Assembly: GCA_023665755.1 (NCBI GenBank)
Contig: JAMPDF010000002.1
Location: 396,982-460,981, forward strand
Reading direction: 5' to 3'
DNA: 64,000 bases
From: Prevotella sp.
GTDB taxonomy: Bacteria > Bacillota_I > Bacilli_A > ML615J-28 > CAG-313
This document shows, piece by piece, positions 48,003 through 57,083 of the stretch. The position numbers and the translations under genes are program-made. How positions within the stretch are numbered: position 1 is the first letter of the stretch; each line of letters starts with the position of its first letter. The notes beneath the pieces were generated by a model that ran no database searches, had not been told where the DNA came from, and worked only from the letters and a program-made list of their open reading frames with translations.

Positions 48003-48242
48003 ATGAAAAAAGTAGTAGTTTGTATAGGAAGTTCATGTCATTTAAAAGGCTCTAGACAAGTTGTAGAAAGATTGCAAGAATTGATTGCAGAATATGATTT
48101 AAAAGAAGAAGTAGAACTCCAAGGTACTTTTTGTATGGGCAACTGCCAAAAAGGGGTTTGCGTGAAAGTAGATGAAACATTATTTTCCGTATCCCCAGAA
48201 ACAGTAGATGCATTCTTTCAAAAAGAGGTAATGGGAAAATAG
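48003..48242 (+). CDS. Thioredoxin-like [2Fe-2S] ferredoxin (NuoE/HydC-fold), copy 1
   Basis: It is 79 aa with four Cys in a CxxxxC...CxxxC pattern (C7, C12, C44, C48). Confidence 0.6.
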   Translation: MKKVVVCIGSSCHLKGSRQVVERLQELIAEYDLKEEVELQGTFCMGNCQKGVCVKVDETLFSVSPETVDAFFQKEVMGK

Positions 48243-48253
48243 GTACATAGCAA

Positions 48254-48502
48254 ATGACAATTCAAATTTGTATCGGTAGCTCATGCCATCTAAAAGGTTC
48301 ACAACAAATAATTGAATTATTTGAAAAAAGTATTCAGGAAAATCAATTAGAAGAAAAGGTAAAACTTGTCGGTTCTTTCTGTTTGGGAAAGTGTAGCAAT
48401 TCAGGAGTTAATGTTTGCATTGATGATAAGGAAATGATTAGTGTAACTCCAGAAAATTTTCACGCGTTTTTCAATGATAAAGTATTAAAATATTTAAAAT
48501 AG
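48254..48502 (+). CDS. Thioredoxin-like [2Fe-2S] ferredoxin (NuoE/HydC-fold), copy 2 (tandem paralog)
   Basis: It is 82 aa with the same Cys spacing as copy 1 and clear paralogy (ICIGSSCHLKGS in both). Confidence 0.6.
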   Translation: MTIQICIGSSCHLKGSQQIIELFEKSIQENQLEEKVKLVGSFCLGKCSNSGVNVCIDDKEMISVTPENFHAFFNDKVLKYLK

Positions 48503-48511
48503 GTGAGAAAT

Positions 48512-50188
48512 ATGTCCGAATTTTTAAAATTAAAGAAATCAAATTGTAAGAATTGTTATAAATGTATTCGACATTGTCCAGTAAAATCAATTAAATTCTC
48601 TGGTGATCAAGCGCATATTGTTGGCAACGAATGTATTTTATGTGGTCAATGTTTTGTCGTTTGTCCACAAAATGCCAAAGAAATTCAGAATGATTTGGAA
48701 AAAGTGAAAGTAATGCTTGCTGCAAAAGAACAAGTCATTGTAAGTTTAGCTCCTTCATTTATTGCCAACTACGATGGAATTGGTCTTGAGCAAATGGCAC
48801 AAGCTCTACGTCAATTGGGCTTTTTTGCGGTAGAGGAAACTGCCATTGGTGCAACCATTGTAAAAAAGCAATATGAAGCCATTTTGGAGTCAAAAAGACA
48901 AAATATCTTGATTACATCTTGCTGTCATTCTGTGAATTTGCTCATTCAAAAGTATTTTCCGAGTACACTTCGATATCTTGCTGACGTAAAATCTCCTATG
49001 CAAATGCATGCAATAGATATCAAGAAAAGAATGCCTAATGCCAAAGTTGTATTTATTGGACCATGTCTCGCTAAAAAGGATGAGGCAGACCATTATACAG
49101 GAATCGTTGATGCTGTCTTGACATACGAAGAATTGACAATGTGGTTAAAAGAAAGTAATATTGTTCTAGAAAAAGGACTAGAAGTAAATGAAAAGTCAAA
49201 GGCAAGATTATTCCCAATAACCGGAGGGATTTTAAAAACAATGAAACCTGATATTGCAGGCTATAAATATATTGCGATTGATGGGGTAGAAAATTGTATA
49301 GCTGCTTTAAAAGATATAGAAAATGGCATGTTAGATAATTGTGTAATTGAAATGTCAGCTTGCGTAGGTAGTTGTATAGGTGGGCCAGTTATGGAGAAAT
49401 ATCATCGTTCCCCTATTCGTGATTATTGTTCAGTCGTAAATTATGCAGGTAATCAAGATTTCGATGTAGAAGCATATGGTGATGAGGAACTAACCAAGCA
49501 TTTTGAATATATTGCAAGAAAGGCAGAAGAACCCTCTGAAGATGCTATTCGTTCTATTCTAAGACAGATGGGCAAGATGCGCCCATCAGATGAATTAAAT
49601 TGTGGTTCATGTGGCTATAATACTTGTCGTGAAAAGGCGATAGCGATTATTCAAGGTAAAGCTTCTATTTCTATGTGTTTGCCTTTCCTAAAAGAAAGAG
49701 CAGAGAAATTTTATACCAATATTATTGATAATACACCAGATGGCATTTTAGTATTAAATGAAGATCTAGAAGTTCAACAAATCAATGATGCGGCACGTAA
49801 GATTATGAATATTAAATATGCAACGGACGTATTAGGAGATCAAGTCATTCGTATTCTTGATCCATATCCATTCTTGCAAGTCAAATTAAACAATAAAAAT
49901 GTTTATAATGAACGTATTTATTTGGCTGAGTATAATCGATATGTCGAAAGAACTATTGTCTATGATAAAAATTATAAAATTATCATTTGTTTTATGAGAG
50001 ATGTTACACTTGAGGTTACCGCAAAAGAAAAGAAAGATGAAATCTCTTCAAGAACGGTAGAAATCGCTGATAAAGTGGTGGATAAACAAATGCGTATTGT
50101 CCAAGAAATTGCTTCCCTTTTAGGAGAAACTGCAGCTGAAACTAAAATTGCTTTAACGAAATTAAAGGAGTCAATGAAGGATGAATAA
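48512..50188 (+). CDS. hydS: Sensory-type [FeFe] hydrogenase (HydS/HfsB-like, group C). Domains are 2x[4Fe-4S] ferredoxin, H-cluster, Cx2Cx4Cx16C cluster and a C-terminal PAS domain.
   Basis: Ferredoxin motifs CKNCYKCIRHCP and CILCGQCFVVCP are present. The H-cluster motifs are variant: TSCCHSV (L1), FIGPCLAKKDE (L2), EMSACVGSCIGGP (L3). CGSCGYNTC-x16-C and a PAS-like C-terminus follow. The start ATG at 48512 follows AGGTGAG. Confidence 0.8.
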   Translation: MSEFLKLKKSNCKNCYKCIRHCPVKSIKFSGDQAHIVGNECILCGQCFVVCPQNAKEIQNDLEKVKVMLAAKEQVIVSLAPSFIANYDGIGLEQMAQALRQLGFFAVEETAIGATIVKKQYEAILESKRQNILITSCCHSVNLLIQKYFPSTLRYLADVKSPMQMHAIDIKKRMPNAKVVFIGPCLAKKDEADHYTGIVDAVLTYEELTMWLKESNIVLEKGLEVNEKSKARLFPITGGILKTMKPDIAGYKYIAIDGVENCIAALKDIENGMLDNCVIEMSACVGSCIGGPVMEKYHRSPIRDYCSVVNYAGNQDFDVEAYGDEELTKHFEYIARKAEEPSEDAIRSILRQMGKMRPSDELNCGSCGYNTCREKAIAIIQGKASISMCLPFLKERAEKFYTNIIDNTPDGILVLNEDLEVQQINDAARKIMNIKYATDVLGDQVIRILDPYPFLQVKLNNKNVYNERIYLAEYNRYVERTIVYDKNYKIIICFMRDVTLEVTAKEKKDEISSRTVEIADKVVDKQMRIVQEIASLLGETAAETKIALTKLKESMKDE

Positions 50189-51353
50189 TCTTTGTACAGA
50201 TATAGGCTATCGTAGTTTACTCAAACATCATGAGCAACTTTGTGGTGATCATATAGATATTATTGACCAGGAGGATGGAACAAAAATTATTGTACTTGCT
50301 GATGGATTAGGAAGCGGGGTAAAAGCATGTATTTTATCAACTTTAACTTCTAAAATTATTTCAACAATGATGGCAGAAGGAATCTCTATTGAGGAATGTG
50401 TCGCAACGATTGCTGCAACACTACCTGTTTGTTCTGTTCGTAAGGTGGCTTATTCTACCTTTACAATTTTGAAAATTTCACCTAATAGCGAAGCTGAAGT
50501 TATAGAATATGATAATCCTGGGATTATTTTAATACGTGATGGAGAAAATTATGAGTTAAACAAAACTGAATTGAACATTGGAGGTAAAAAAATTTACAAA
50601 TCCAAAGTCCAATTGTATGAAAATGACGTATTTGTAATGATGAGTGATGGATGTATTTACGCTGGAGTCGGAAAAACACTTAATTTTGGTTGGAAAAGAG
50701 AAGATATCATTGAAATGGTAAAGATTTTACCATCAGCTGGTTATACAGCAAAAACAATGACAACAATTTTACTAGATGAGTGTAATAAATTATATGGCTA
50801 TGAACCAGGTGATGATACGACTGCTTGTGTAGTTCGAATTAGAAAAAGAGAACCAATGAATCTTTTATTTGGTCCACCAAGTAATCCGGATGATTGTAAT
50901 CGAATGATGTCATTGTTTTTTTCTAAAGGTGGAAAACACATTGTATGTGGTGGAACAACTTCATCTATAGCTGCTAAATACTTAGGTAAATCAATCACCC
51001 CATCACTTAATTATTCGGATCCTAAAATCCCACCAACTGCTGAAATTGAAGGAGTAGATTTGGTAACAGAAGGTGTAATTACCATTAATCGTGTATTAGA
51101 ATATGCAAAGGATTATTTAGAAGATAATCAATCTTATGTCAATTGGTGTTATAAAAAAGATGGAGCATCTTTAATCTCACGTCTTTTATTTGAAGAAGCT
51201 ACCGATATTAATTTTTATGTAGGAAGAGCAATGAATCCTGCACATCAAAATCCCAATCTACCTATCAATTTCAACATTAAAATGCAATTGGTTCAAGAAC
51301 TATCAGAGTGCTTGAAAAAGATGGGAAAAAATATAAAAGTAAGTTATTTTTAG
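50181..51353 (+). CDS. PP2C (PPM/SpoIIE-type) serine phosphatase with an uncharacterised roughly 170-aa C-terminal domain
   Basis: It carries the PPM motifs GDHIDI, ADGLGSGVKA, MMSDGCIYAGVG and GDDTTACVV. Its start overlaps the hydS stop. Confidence 0.75.
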   Translation: MNNLCTDIGYRSLLKHHEQLCGDHIDIIDQEDGTKIIVLADGLGSGVKACILSTLTSKIISTMMAEGISIEECVATIAATLPVCSVRKVAYSTFTILKISPNSEAEVIEYDNPGIILIRDGENYELNKTELNIGGKKIYKSKVQLYENDVFVMMSDGCIYAGVGKTLNFGWKREDIIEMVKILPSAGYTAKTMTTILLDECNKLYGYEPGDDTTACVVRIRKREPMNLLFGPPSNPDDCNRMMSLFFSKGGKHIVCGGTTSSIAAKYLGKSITPSLNYSDPKIPPTAEIEGVDLVTEGVITINRVLEYAKDYLEDNQSYVNWCYKKDGASLISRLLFEEATDINFYVGRAMNPAHQNPNLPINFNIKMQLVQELSECLKKMGKNIKVSYF

Positions 51354-51364
51354 GTGAAAAAAAT

Positions 51365-52789
51365 ATGAAAAAATTTGATACACAAGTTCAATATTTAAAA
51401 TATAAAGTATTAAGAGAAGTAGCAAGAAAGGCTTGGGATGATACGTTATATGAAAAAATATTGGATATACCCAAAATTATTATTCCAGGACCTACCCCGA
51501 CTACAAGATGTTGTATTTATAAAGAAAGGGCAATTGTTGAAGAAAGAATTAAGATTGCTATGGGTGGAGATAAATCAAATCCCAATGTCATAGAAGTCAT
51601 TGATTTGGCTTGTGATGAATGTCCTGTTGCAGGATATGAAGTAACAGATGTATGTAGAGGTTGTCTTGCGCATCGCTGTCAAGATGCGTGTAAAAAAGAT
51701 GCCATTTATTTTGATCACAACCAAAAAGCTCACATTGATAAATCGAAATGTGTAGAATGTGGAAAGTGTTCTACAGTATGCCCATATGGTGCCATTGTCA
51801 ATTTTAAAAGACCATGTGAAAAATCATGCAAAGTAAAAGCGATTTCAATGGGACCAAATAAGGCAGCCAAAATCGATAATGATAAATGCATTTCTTGTGG
51901 TTCATGTGTTTATCAATGCCCATTCGGTGCTATTATGGATAAATCTTATATTATTAATGTCATTGATATTTTGAAAAAAAGTCAGCATAATCAAAAATAT
52001 AAAACTTATGCGGTAGTAGCTCCATCCATATCTAGTCAATTTGTGCATGCTAAATTAGGACAAGTGATTTCAGGTATCAAGGAATTAGGATTCTTTACAG
52101 TAGTAGAAGCAGCTCTTGGTGCTGATATGGTGGCATACAAGGAAACACAAGAATTAATTGAAAAAGGCTTTTTAACTAGTTCGTGTTGTCCTGCTTTTGT
52201 AATGTATATCAAAAAGAATTTTCCCAAATTGGTAGAGCATATTTCGCACAATTTATCTCCTGCCGCAGAAATTGCCAAATACATTAAGGAAACTGATCCA
52301 ACCGCAAAAGTGATTTTTATTGGTCCATGTACTGCGAAAAAGGCTGAGTTTCAGCAAGAAATGCAGAAACAATATGTTGATTCTGTATTGACATTTGAAG
52401 AATTGCAAGCCCTTTTTGATAGTAAAGATTTAGATATTTACTCATTATCAGAAGATGTTTTAGATAATGCATCTTATTATGGCAGAATCTTTGCTAGGAG
52501 TGGGGGTTTAACGGATGCTGTAAAACAGGCATTAATTGAATTGGGACAAACGGATTTTGAGGTAAAGCCAGTCGTATGTAATGGAATTGAAGAATGCCGA
52601 ATGGCCTTATTAAAAGTTGGTAAAATTGATATTGGTAACTTTATAGAAGGAATGGCTTGTGTAGGTGGATGCATTGCTGGAGCAGGTTGTTTAACTCATG
52701 GTGAAAAGAATAAAGCAGAAGTAGATAAGTATGGCATGGAAGCATATGAAAAAACCATTCAAGATGCTATCAAAGTGCTTAAAAAGTAA
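51365..52789 (+). CDS. hydA: [FeFe] hydrogenase catalytic subunit (group B-like, extra N-terminal Cys cluster plus 2x[4Fe-4S])
   Basis: The canonical H-cluster motifs SSCCPAFV (L1), FIGPCTAKKAE (L2) and EGMACVGGCIAGAG (L3) are present. Ferredoxin motifs are CVECGKCSTVCPYGAI and CISCGSCVYQCPFGAI. The start is set at MKKFDTQ after AGGTGA. The ORF track extends upstream into the PP2C gene. Confidence 0.8.
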   Translation: MKKFDTQVQYLKYKVLREVARKAWDDTLYEKILDIPKIIIPGPTPTTRCCIYKERAIVEERIKIAMGGDKSNPNVIEVIDLACDECPVAGYEVTDVCRGCLAHRCQDACKKDAIYFDHNQKAHIDKSKCVECGKCSTVCPYGAIVNFKRPCEKSCKVKAISMGPNKAAKIDNDKCISCGSCVYQCPFGAIMDKSYIINVIDILKKSQHNQKYKTYAVVAPSISSQFVHAKLGQVISGIKELGFFTVVEAALGADMVAYKETQELIEKGFLTSSCCPAFVMYIKKNFPKLVEHISHNLSPAAEIAKYIKETDPTAKVIFIGPCTAKKAEFQQEMQKQYVDSVLTFEELQALFDSKDLDIYSLSEDVLDNASYYGRIFARSGGLTDAVKQALIELGQTDFEVKPVVCNGIEECRMALLKVGKIDIGNFIEGMACVGGCIAGAGCLTHGEKNKAEVDKYGMEAYEKTIQDAIKVLKK

Positions 52790-52875
52790 TTCAATTTATG
52801 CTTTTGCAAAAGAGTTGCTTATCTATATGAAGTGTGCTAAAATTACCTTATATATAATATATGAGGTAATTTTTT

Positions 52876-53724
52876 ATGAACAATACTCATTTCATTCAAG
52901 AGGAAATAGAAGTTATATCTACGGCTAATCAAACACTACGACAAAGTTATTTTCGATATGAGAAAAAGATGAATATATTTAATTTCTCAATGTTCATGTG
53001 TTGTTTTGTTACTATGGCTTTGGTAGGAATGCTTTTATCATCTAAGATTATGACAGGAATTAGTGTAGGGATTACATTATTTTTACTATTGATGTTAGTA
53101 ATAGTATTAGTCAATATCCATAAGCGCTCCAAACTATCTTGTGATGTATCTTATGATGAATTTTTGTTTCAATCGGATGCGTTCATAGTGAAAGAAAAAT
53201 CAGTATCTAATTCATCTACAACTAAGATTTTATATACACAAGTAGTTGGACTTACGGAAAATAAAGATTTCTTTTTGATTCAATTAAAAGACAATAGAGG
53301 TTATCTAATTGAAGTTAGTGGCAATGAACTGGCTCTTTGGAAAATTAAACGAATGTTATTTCCTTATGTAAAAATATTCAATCAAATCACAGTGACTAAG
53401 AAGACAAAAATTGAATCCTGTGAGTATATGGATAATGCTTTGCGGTTATCACCAGGTATGATAACTGTTTTGAATGGGCTATTAACGTTTGCTTCACTGA
53501 TTGTAGGTATGTTTTGTGTTTATATAGACCAACAAACATTATCGCCACTTATGTTATTTCCAGTAGTTTTGGTTTTACAACTAAGTATAATCGGACTAGG
53601 TATTTTTTTAGGAACGAAAAGTGGTCAATTCAAAAAGAGCATTCTTGCAATAATAGTAGGAAGTATACTATTTTTTGCGGAATTGATGATAGGTTTATCT
53701 TACGTGATACTGAATTACTGGTAA
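52876..53724 (+). CDS. Membrane protein of unknown function (possible bacterial PH-like domain)
   Basis: An N-terminal TM pair is followed by a soluble roughly 120-aa segment and then about 3 C-terminal TM helices. No motif. Confidence 0.45.
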   Translation: MNNTHFIQEEIEVISTANQTLRQSYFRYEKKMNIFNFSMFMCCFVTMALVGMLLSSKIMTGISVGITLFLLLMLVIVLVNIHKRSKLSCDVSYDEFLFQSDAFIVKEKSVSNSSTTKILYTQVVGLTENKDFFLIQLKDNRGYLIEVSGNELALWKIKRMLFPYVKIFNQITVTKKTKIESCEYMDNALRLSPGMITVLNGLLTFASLIVGMFCVYIDQQTLSPLMLFPVVLVLQLSIIGLGIFLGTKSGQFKKSILAIIVGSILFFAELMIGLSYVILNYW

Positions 53725-53760
53725 GCGCATGAAAAATACAATGCGCTTTTTTTGTTTTTT
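53725..53760 (+). terminator. Rho-independent terminator
   Basis: GCGCAT-gaaaaataca-ATGCGC is followed by TTTTTTTGTTTTTT. Confidence 0.8.
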
Positions 53761-53815
53761 TAATAAATAAGTCGAAAAATATTCAAAATCAGTAGATGAT
53801 TTTTATTCGTTTTGG

Positions 53816-53844
53816 TTGACTTATTATTTGAAGTGTTATATAAT
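53816..53844 (+). promoter_or_regulatory. Sigma-A promoter of topA (TTGACT-17-TATAAT)
   Basis: The -35 is at 53816-53821, the spacer is 17 nt and the -10 is at 53839-53844. Confidence 0.55.
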
Positions 53845-53873
53845 CAAAACACAAAATGATGACGAGGTGTTTT

Positions 53874-56000
53874 ATGAAGTTACTCATCGTGGAATCTCCA
53901 GCAAAGTGTAAAACCATAGGGAATTATTTAGGTGAAGAATATTTAGTAGAATCTAGTATAGGTCATATTAGAGATCTCAAAATCAAAGGCAAAGGTGGAT
54001 TCGGAGTAGATATCGAAAATAACTTTCAGCCTGAATATAGTATTTTAAAAGATAAAGGAGAAATTGTTGAAAAACTAAAATCAGTTGCCAATTTAGCTGA
54101 GCACATCTATTTAGCAACTGACCCTGACCGTGAAGGAGAAGCGATTAGCTGGCATTTGAGCGAGGTACTAGAACAACCAGACGAAAAAGTTTCTAGAATT
54201 GTCTTTAATGAAATTACGAAAAACGCAATATTAAAAGCGATTCAAAATGATCGCGATATAGATATGGATTTGGTTCATTCACAAGAATCAAGAAGAATAT
54301 TAGATCGTATTATTGGATTCCGTTTATCTAGTTTACTTCAACAAAAGATAGGTTCAAAATCGGCTGGTCGGGTACAATCGGTTGCCTTAAAATTGGTAGT
54401 AGATCGTGAAAAAGAAATCGAAGCATTTGACAAGGTTGAATATTGGGATTTGGCTGCTATTTTAAATAAGGAAATAGCAGGAAATATTTATACATTACGA
54501 GCGAAATTTTTTGGCCGAAAAGATGAAAAGATGACACTTTCTTCTGAGGAAGAAACCAATCAAGTCATTGCAGCTTTAAAAGAAGATGAATACAAAATTA
54601 TCGATATCAATAAGAAAGAACGAAATCGTGCTTCACGTCCTCCTTTTATTACCTCGACATTACAACAAGATGCTGGTGCGAAATTCAATTATAATGCAAA
54701 ACGAGTAATGGGAATCGCCCAAAAGTTATATGAAGGGGTTGAACTTGGTAAAGAGCGTGTTGGTTTGATTACTTATATGCGTACTGATTCTATTCGTTTA
54801 TCGGATGAGTTTGTTCATTCTGCTAAACAATATATTACTGAAAAGTATGGTGAAAAATATTATAAAGGAACCAAAAAAGCGCCTAAAGGAAAGAATATAC
54901 AAGATGCGCATGAAGCCATTCGTCCAACCAATATTGTTAGAACTCCTGAGAGTGTGAAAAAATATTTGGCTGCTGATGAATATAAAATCTATTCCTTAAT
55001 ATATAATAGAGCGATTGCCTCTTTAATGAGCGATGCCATATTAGAGGATACGAAAGTAGATATTGAAAACCAAGGCTACATTTTTAATTTAACAGGTGAA
55101 ATTACTTTATTTGATGGTTTTTTAACTATTTATGAAGAATCAAGTTTGGTCGATGAAGAAGAAAATTTGGATCACTTACCAGAGTTATCCATTGGAGAAA
55201 ATTTATCCTTCCAAGAAATTTCAAAGGAACAGAAATTTACTTCGCCACCATATCGTTATACTGAGGCAAGATTAATTCGTAAGATGGAAGAACTAGGCAT
55301 TGGAAGACCTTCTACTTATGCACTAACGATGGAAACTTTGCGGGCAAGAGCATATGTAGCGATGGAAAAGAAAACATTCGTTCCCACTGCACAAGGAAGA
55401 CTTACGACAGAACAATTGGAATTGTTCTTTAGTAGCATTATTAATGTAAAATATACTGCTGATATGGAAAATACATTAGATAAAATTGCTGAGGGCGATG
55501 CGATTTGGTATGAGGAACTACGCAAGTTTTATGATGTGTTTGCTCCACTCATTGAAAATGCTAGAGACAATATGGTCAAAATATATCCAAAAATAACGGA
55601 TGAATTTTGTCCTGAATGTGGGTTGCCATTATTCATTAGACGTGGTCCATTTGGTGAATTCACCGCTTGCTCGGGTTATCCTCATTGCCGTTACATCAAA
55701 AAAGCACCAAAGAAGGAAGTGGTGACAACGGGAGTAACCTGTCCTATTTGTGGTGAAGGTGAGGTTGTCGAAAGAACAAGTGCAAGGGGAAGATCAAAAG
55801 GTGCATTATTTTATGCTTGTAGTCGTTTCCCAAAATGTAAAGCCACTTTTTCAGGTATTCCTACAGGAGAAAAATGTGAAATTTGTGGTGCACCGATGAT
55901 TCGAGTAGGTGAAATTATTCGTTGTAATAGTGAACGCTGTAAATCCAATGTTGGATTGCTACCTCAAAAAGAAGAAAACAAAAAGATTGATAGCAAGTAG
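53874..56000 (+). CDS. topA: DNA topoisomerase I
   Basis: It has the Toprim N-terminus (MKLLIVESPAKCKTIGNYLG), a catalytic Tyr region and three C-terminal Cys4 zinc ribbons. RBS GAGGTG lies before the ATG at 53874. Confidence 0.95.
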   Translation: MKLLIVESPAKCKTIGNYLGEEYLVESSIGHIRDLKIKGKGGFGVDIENNFQPEYSILKDKGEIVEKLKSVANLAEHIYLATDPDREGEAISWHLSEVLEQPDEKVSRIVFNEITKNAILKAIQNDRDIDMDLVHSQESRRILDRIIGFRLSSLLQQKIGSKSAGRVQSVALKLVVDREKEIEAFDKVEYWDLAAILNKEIAGNIYTLRAKFFGRKDEKMTLSSEEETNQVIAALKEDEYKIIDINKKERNRASRPPFITSTLQQDAGAKFNYNAKRVMGIAQKLYEGVELGKERVGLITYMRTDSIRLSDEFVHSAKQYITEKYGEKYYKGTKKAPKGKNIQDAHEAIRPTNIVRTPESVKKYLAADEYKIYSLIYNRAIASLMSDAILEDTKVDIENQGYIFNLTGEITLFDGFLTIYEESSLVDEEENLDHLPELSIGENLSFQEISKEQKFTSPPYRYTEARLIRKMEELGIGRPSTYALTMETLRARAYVAMEKKTFVPTAQGRLTTEQLELFFSSIINVKYTADMENTLDKIAEGDAIWYEELRKFYDVFAPLIENARDNMVKIYPKITDEFCPECGLPLFIRRGPFGEFTACSGYPHCRYIKKAPKKEVVTTGVTCPICGEGEVVERTSARGRSKGALFYACSRFPKCKATFSGIPTGEKCEICGAPMIRVGEIIRCNSERCKSNVGLLPQKEENKKIDSK

Positions 56001-56019
56001 TCTATCAATCTTTTTATTT
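55985..56019 (+). terminator. Rho-independent terminator overlapping the topA stop
   Basis: GATTGATAG-caagtagt-CTATCAATC is followed by TTTTTATTT. Confidence 0.7.
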
Positions 56020-56102
56020 ATAAGGGTTGAAAAAAATAAAAAAATATAGTATAATACAAAAATAAGGATTTAGACATAAGGTCTAATGAGAGGAGCAATA
56101 TA

Positions 56103-57083
56103 ATGGGGTTATTTGATTTATTTAAAAAGAAAAAACAAAATGATACTTCAAAAAAATATGAACTCGGTATGAAAAAAACAAGACAAGGGCTAATGGGTAA
56201 ACTAAAAGCAATCTTGTCAGGCCATAAAGAAATAGATGAAGACCTATTTGATGATTTAACTGATGCCTTTATTATGGCTGATATTGGTGTAGAAACGACA
56301 CTAGATTTTATTGATGCCCTTAAGGAAGATGAAAGAGTAGAAGGATTAACAAATGTAGAGGACTTACAACCGATTATTGTTGATAAAATGTTTGAATTAT
56401 ATTTAAAAGGAGAAATTGTCAATAATAATTTTAATTTACAAAAAAACGATTTGTCTGTTTTTTTATTTGTTGGCGTAAATGGTGTAGGAAAGACAACAAC
56501 GATTGCTAAAATTGCTTATCGATTAAAAAAAGAAGGAAAAAAGATATTACTTGCTGCAGGTGATACCTTTAGAGCAGGCGCAGTAGATCAATTAGAAGTA
56601 TGGGCCAATCGTGTTGGTGTAGATATCGTAATTAAAAAAGGAGCAACGGATCCTTCAAGTGTGATTTATGAGGCAGTGCAAAAGGCTAAACAAGAAAAGT
56701 ATGATGTTTTATTATGTGATACAGCAGGACGGCTCCAAAATAAAACAAATCTAATGAAAGAATTGGAAAAGATGAATCGTGTGATTGCCCGTGAAGTGGA
56801 AAATGGTCCCCATGAAACCATATTGGTTATCGATGCAACAACAGGTCAAAATGGATTATCTCAAGCAGAAGCTTTTATGGAGGTTACCAATATTACTGGA
56901 GTTATTTTAACCAAATTAGATGGAACTAGTAAAGGTGGAATCGTACTTGCCATTCGAGATAAATATAATTTACCTATCAAAATGGTCGGACTAGGTGAAA
57001 AAATGGAAGACTTAGAATATTTTGATTTAGAGGATTATATTGGCGGACTCTTTATTGGCTCAGAGGATGATGTAGATGCCTAA
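56103..57083 (+). CDS. ftsY: Signal recognition particle receptor FtsY
   Basis: It has an SRP GTPase NG domain (GVNGVGKTTT, DTAGR, TKLDG). Confidence 0.9.
   Translation: MGLFDLFKKKKQNDTSKKYELGMKKTRQGLMGKLKAILSGHKEIDEDLFDDLTDAFIMADIGVETTLDFIDALKEDERVEGLTNVEDLQPIIVDKMFELYLKGEIVNNNFNLQKNDLSVFLFVGVNGVGKTTTIAKIAYRLKKEGKKILLAAGDTFRAGAVDQLEVWANRVGVDIVIKKGATDPSSVIYEAVQKAKQEKYDVLLCDTAGRLQNKTNLMKELEKMNRVIAREVENGPHETILVIDATTGQNGLSQAEAFMEVTNITGVILTKLDGTSKGGIVLAIRDKYNLPIKMVGLGEKMEDLEYFDLEDYIGGLFIGSEDDVDA

Noticed and set aside
52841-52875. Hairpin AATTACCT-N15-AGGTAATT followed by TTTT directly abutting the ATG at 52876
   Set aside because: The stem is AT-rich with a 15-nt loop, and the T-run runs into the start codon. 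It is possibly a weak terminator after hydA, but it is too weak to list as a feature.
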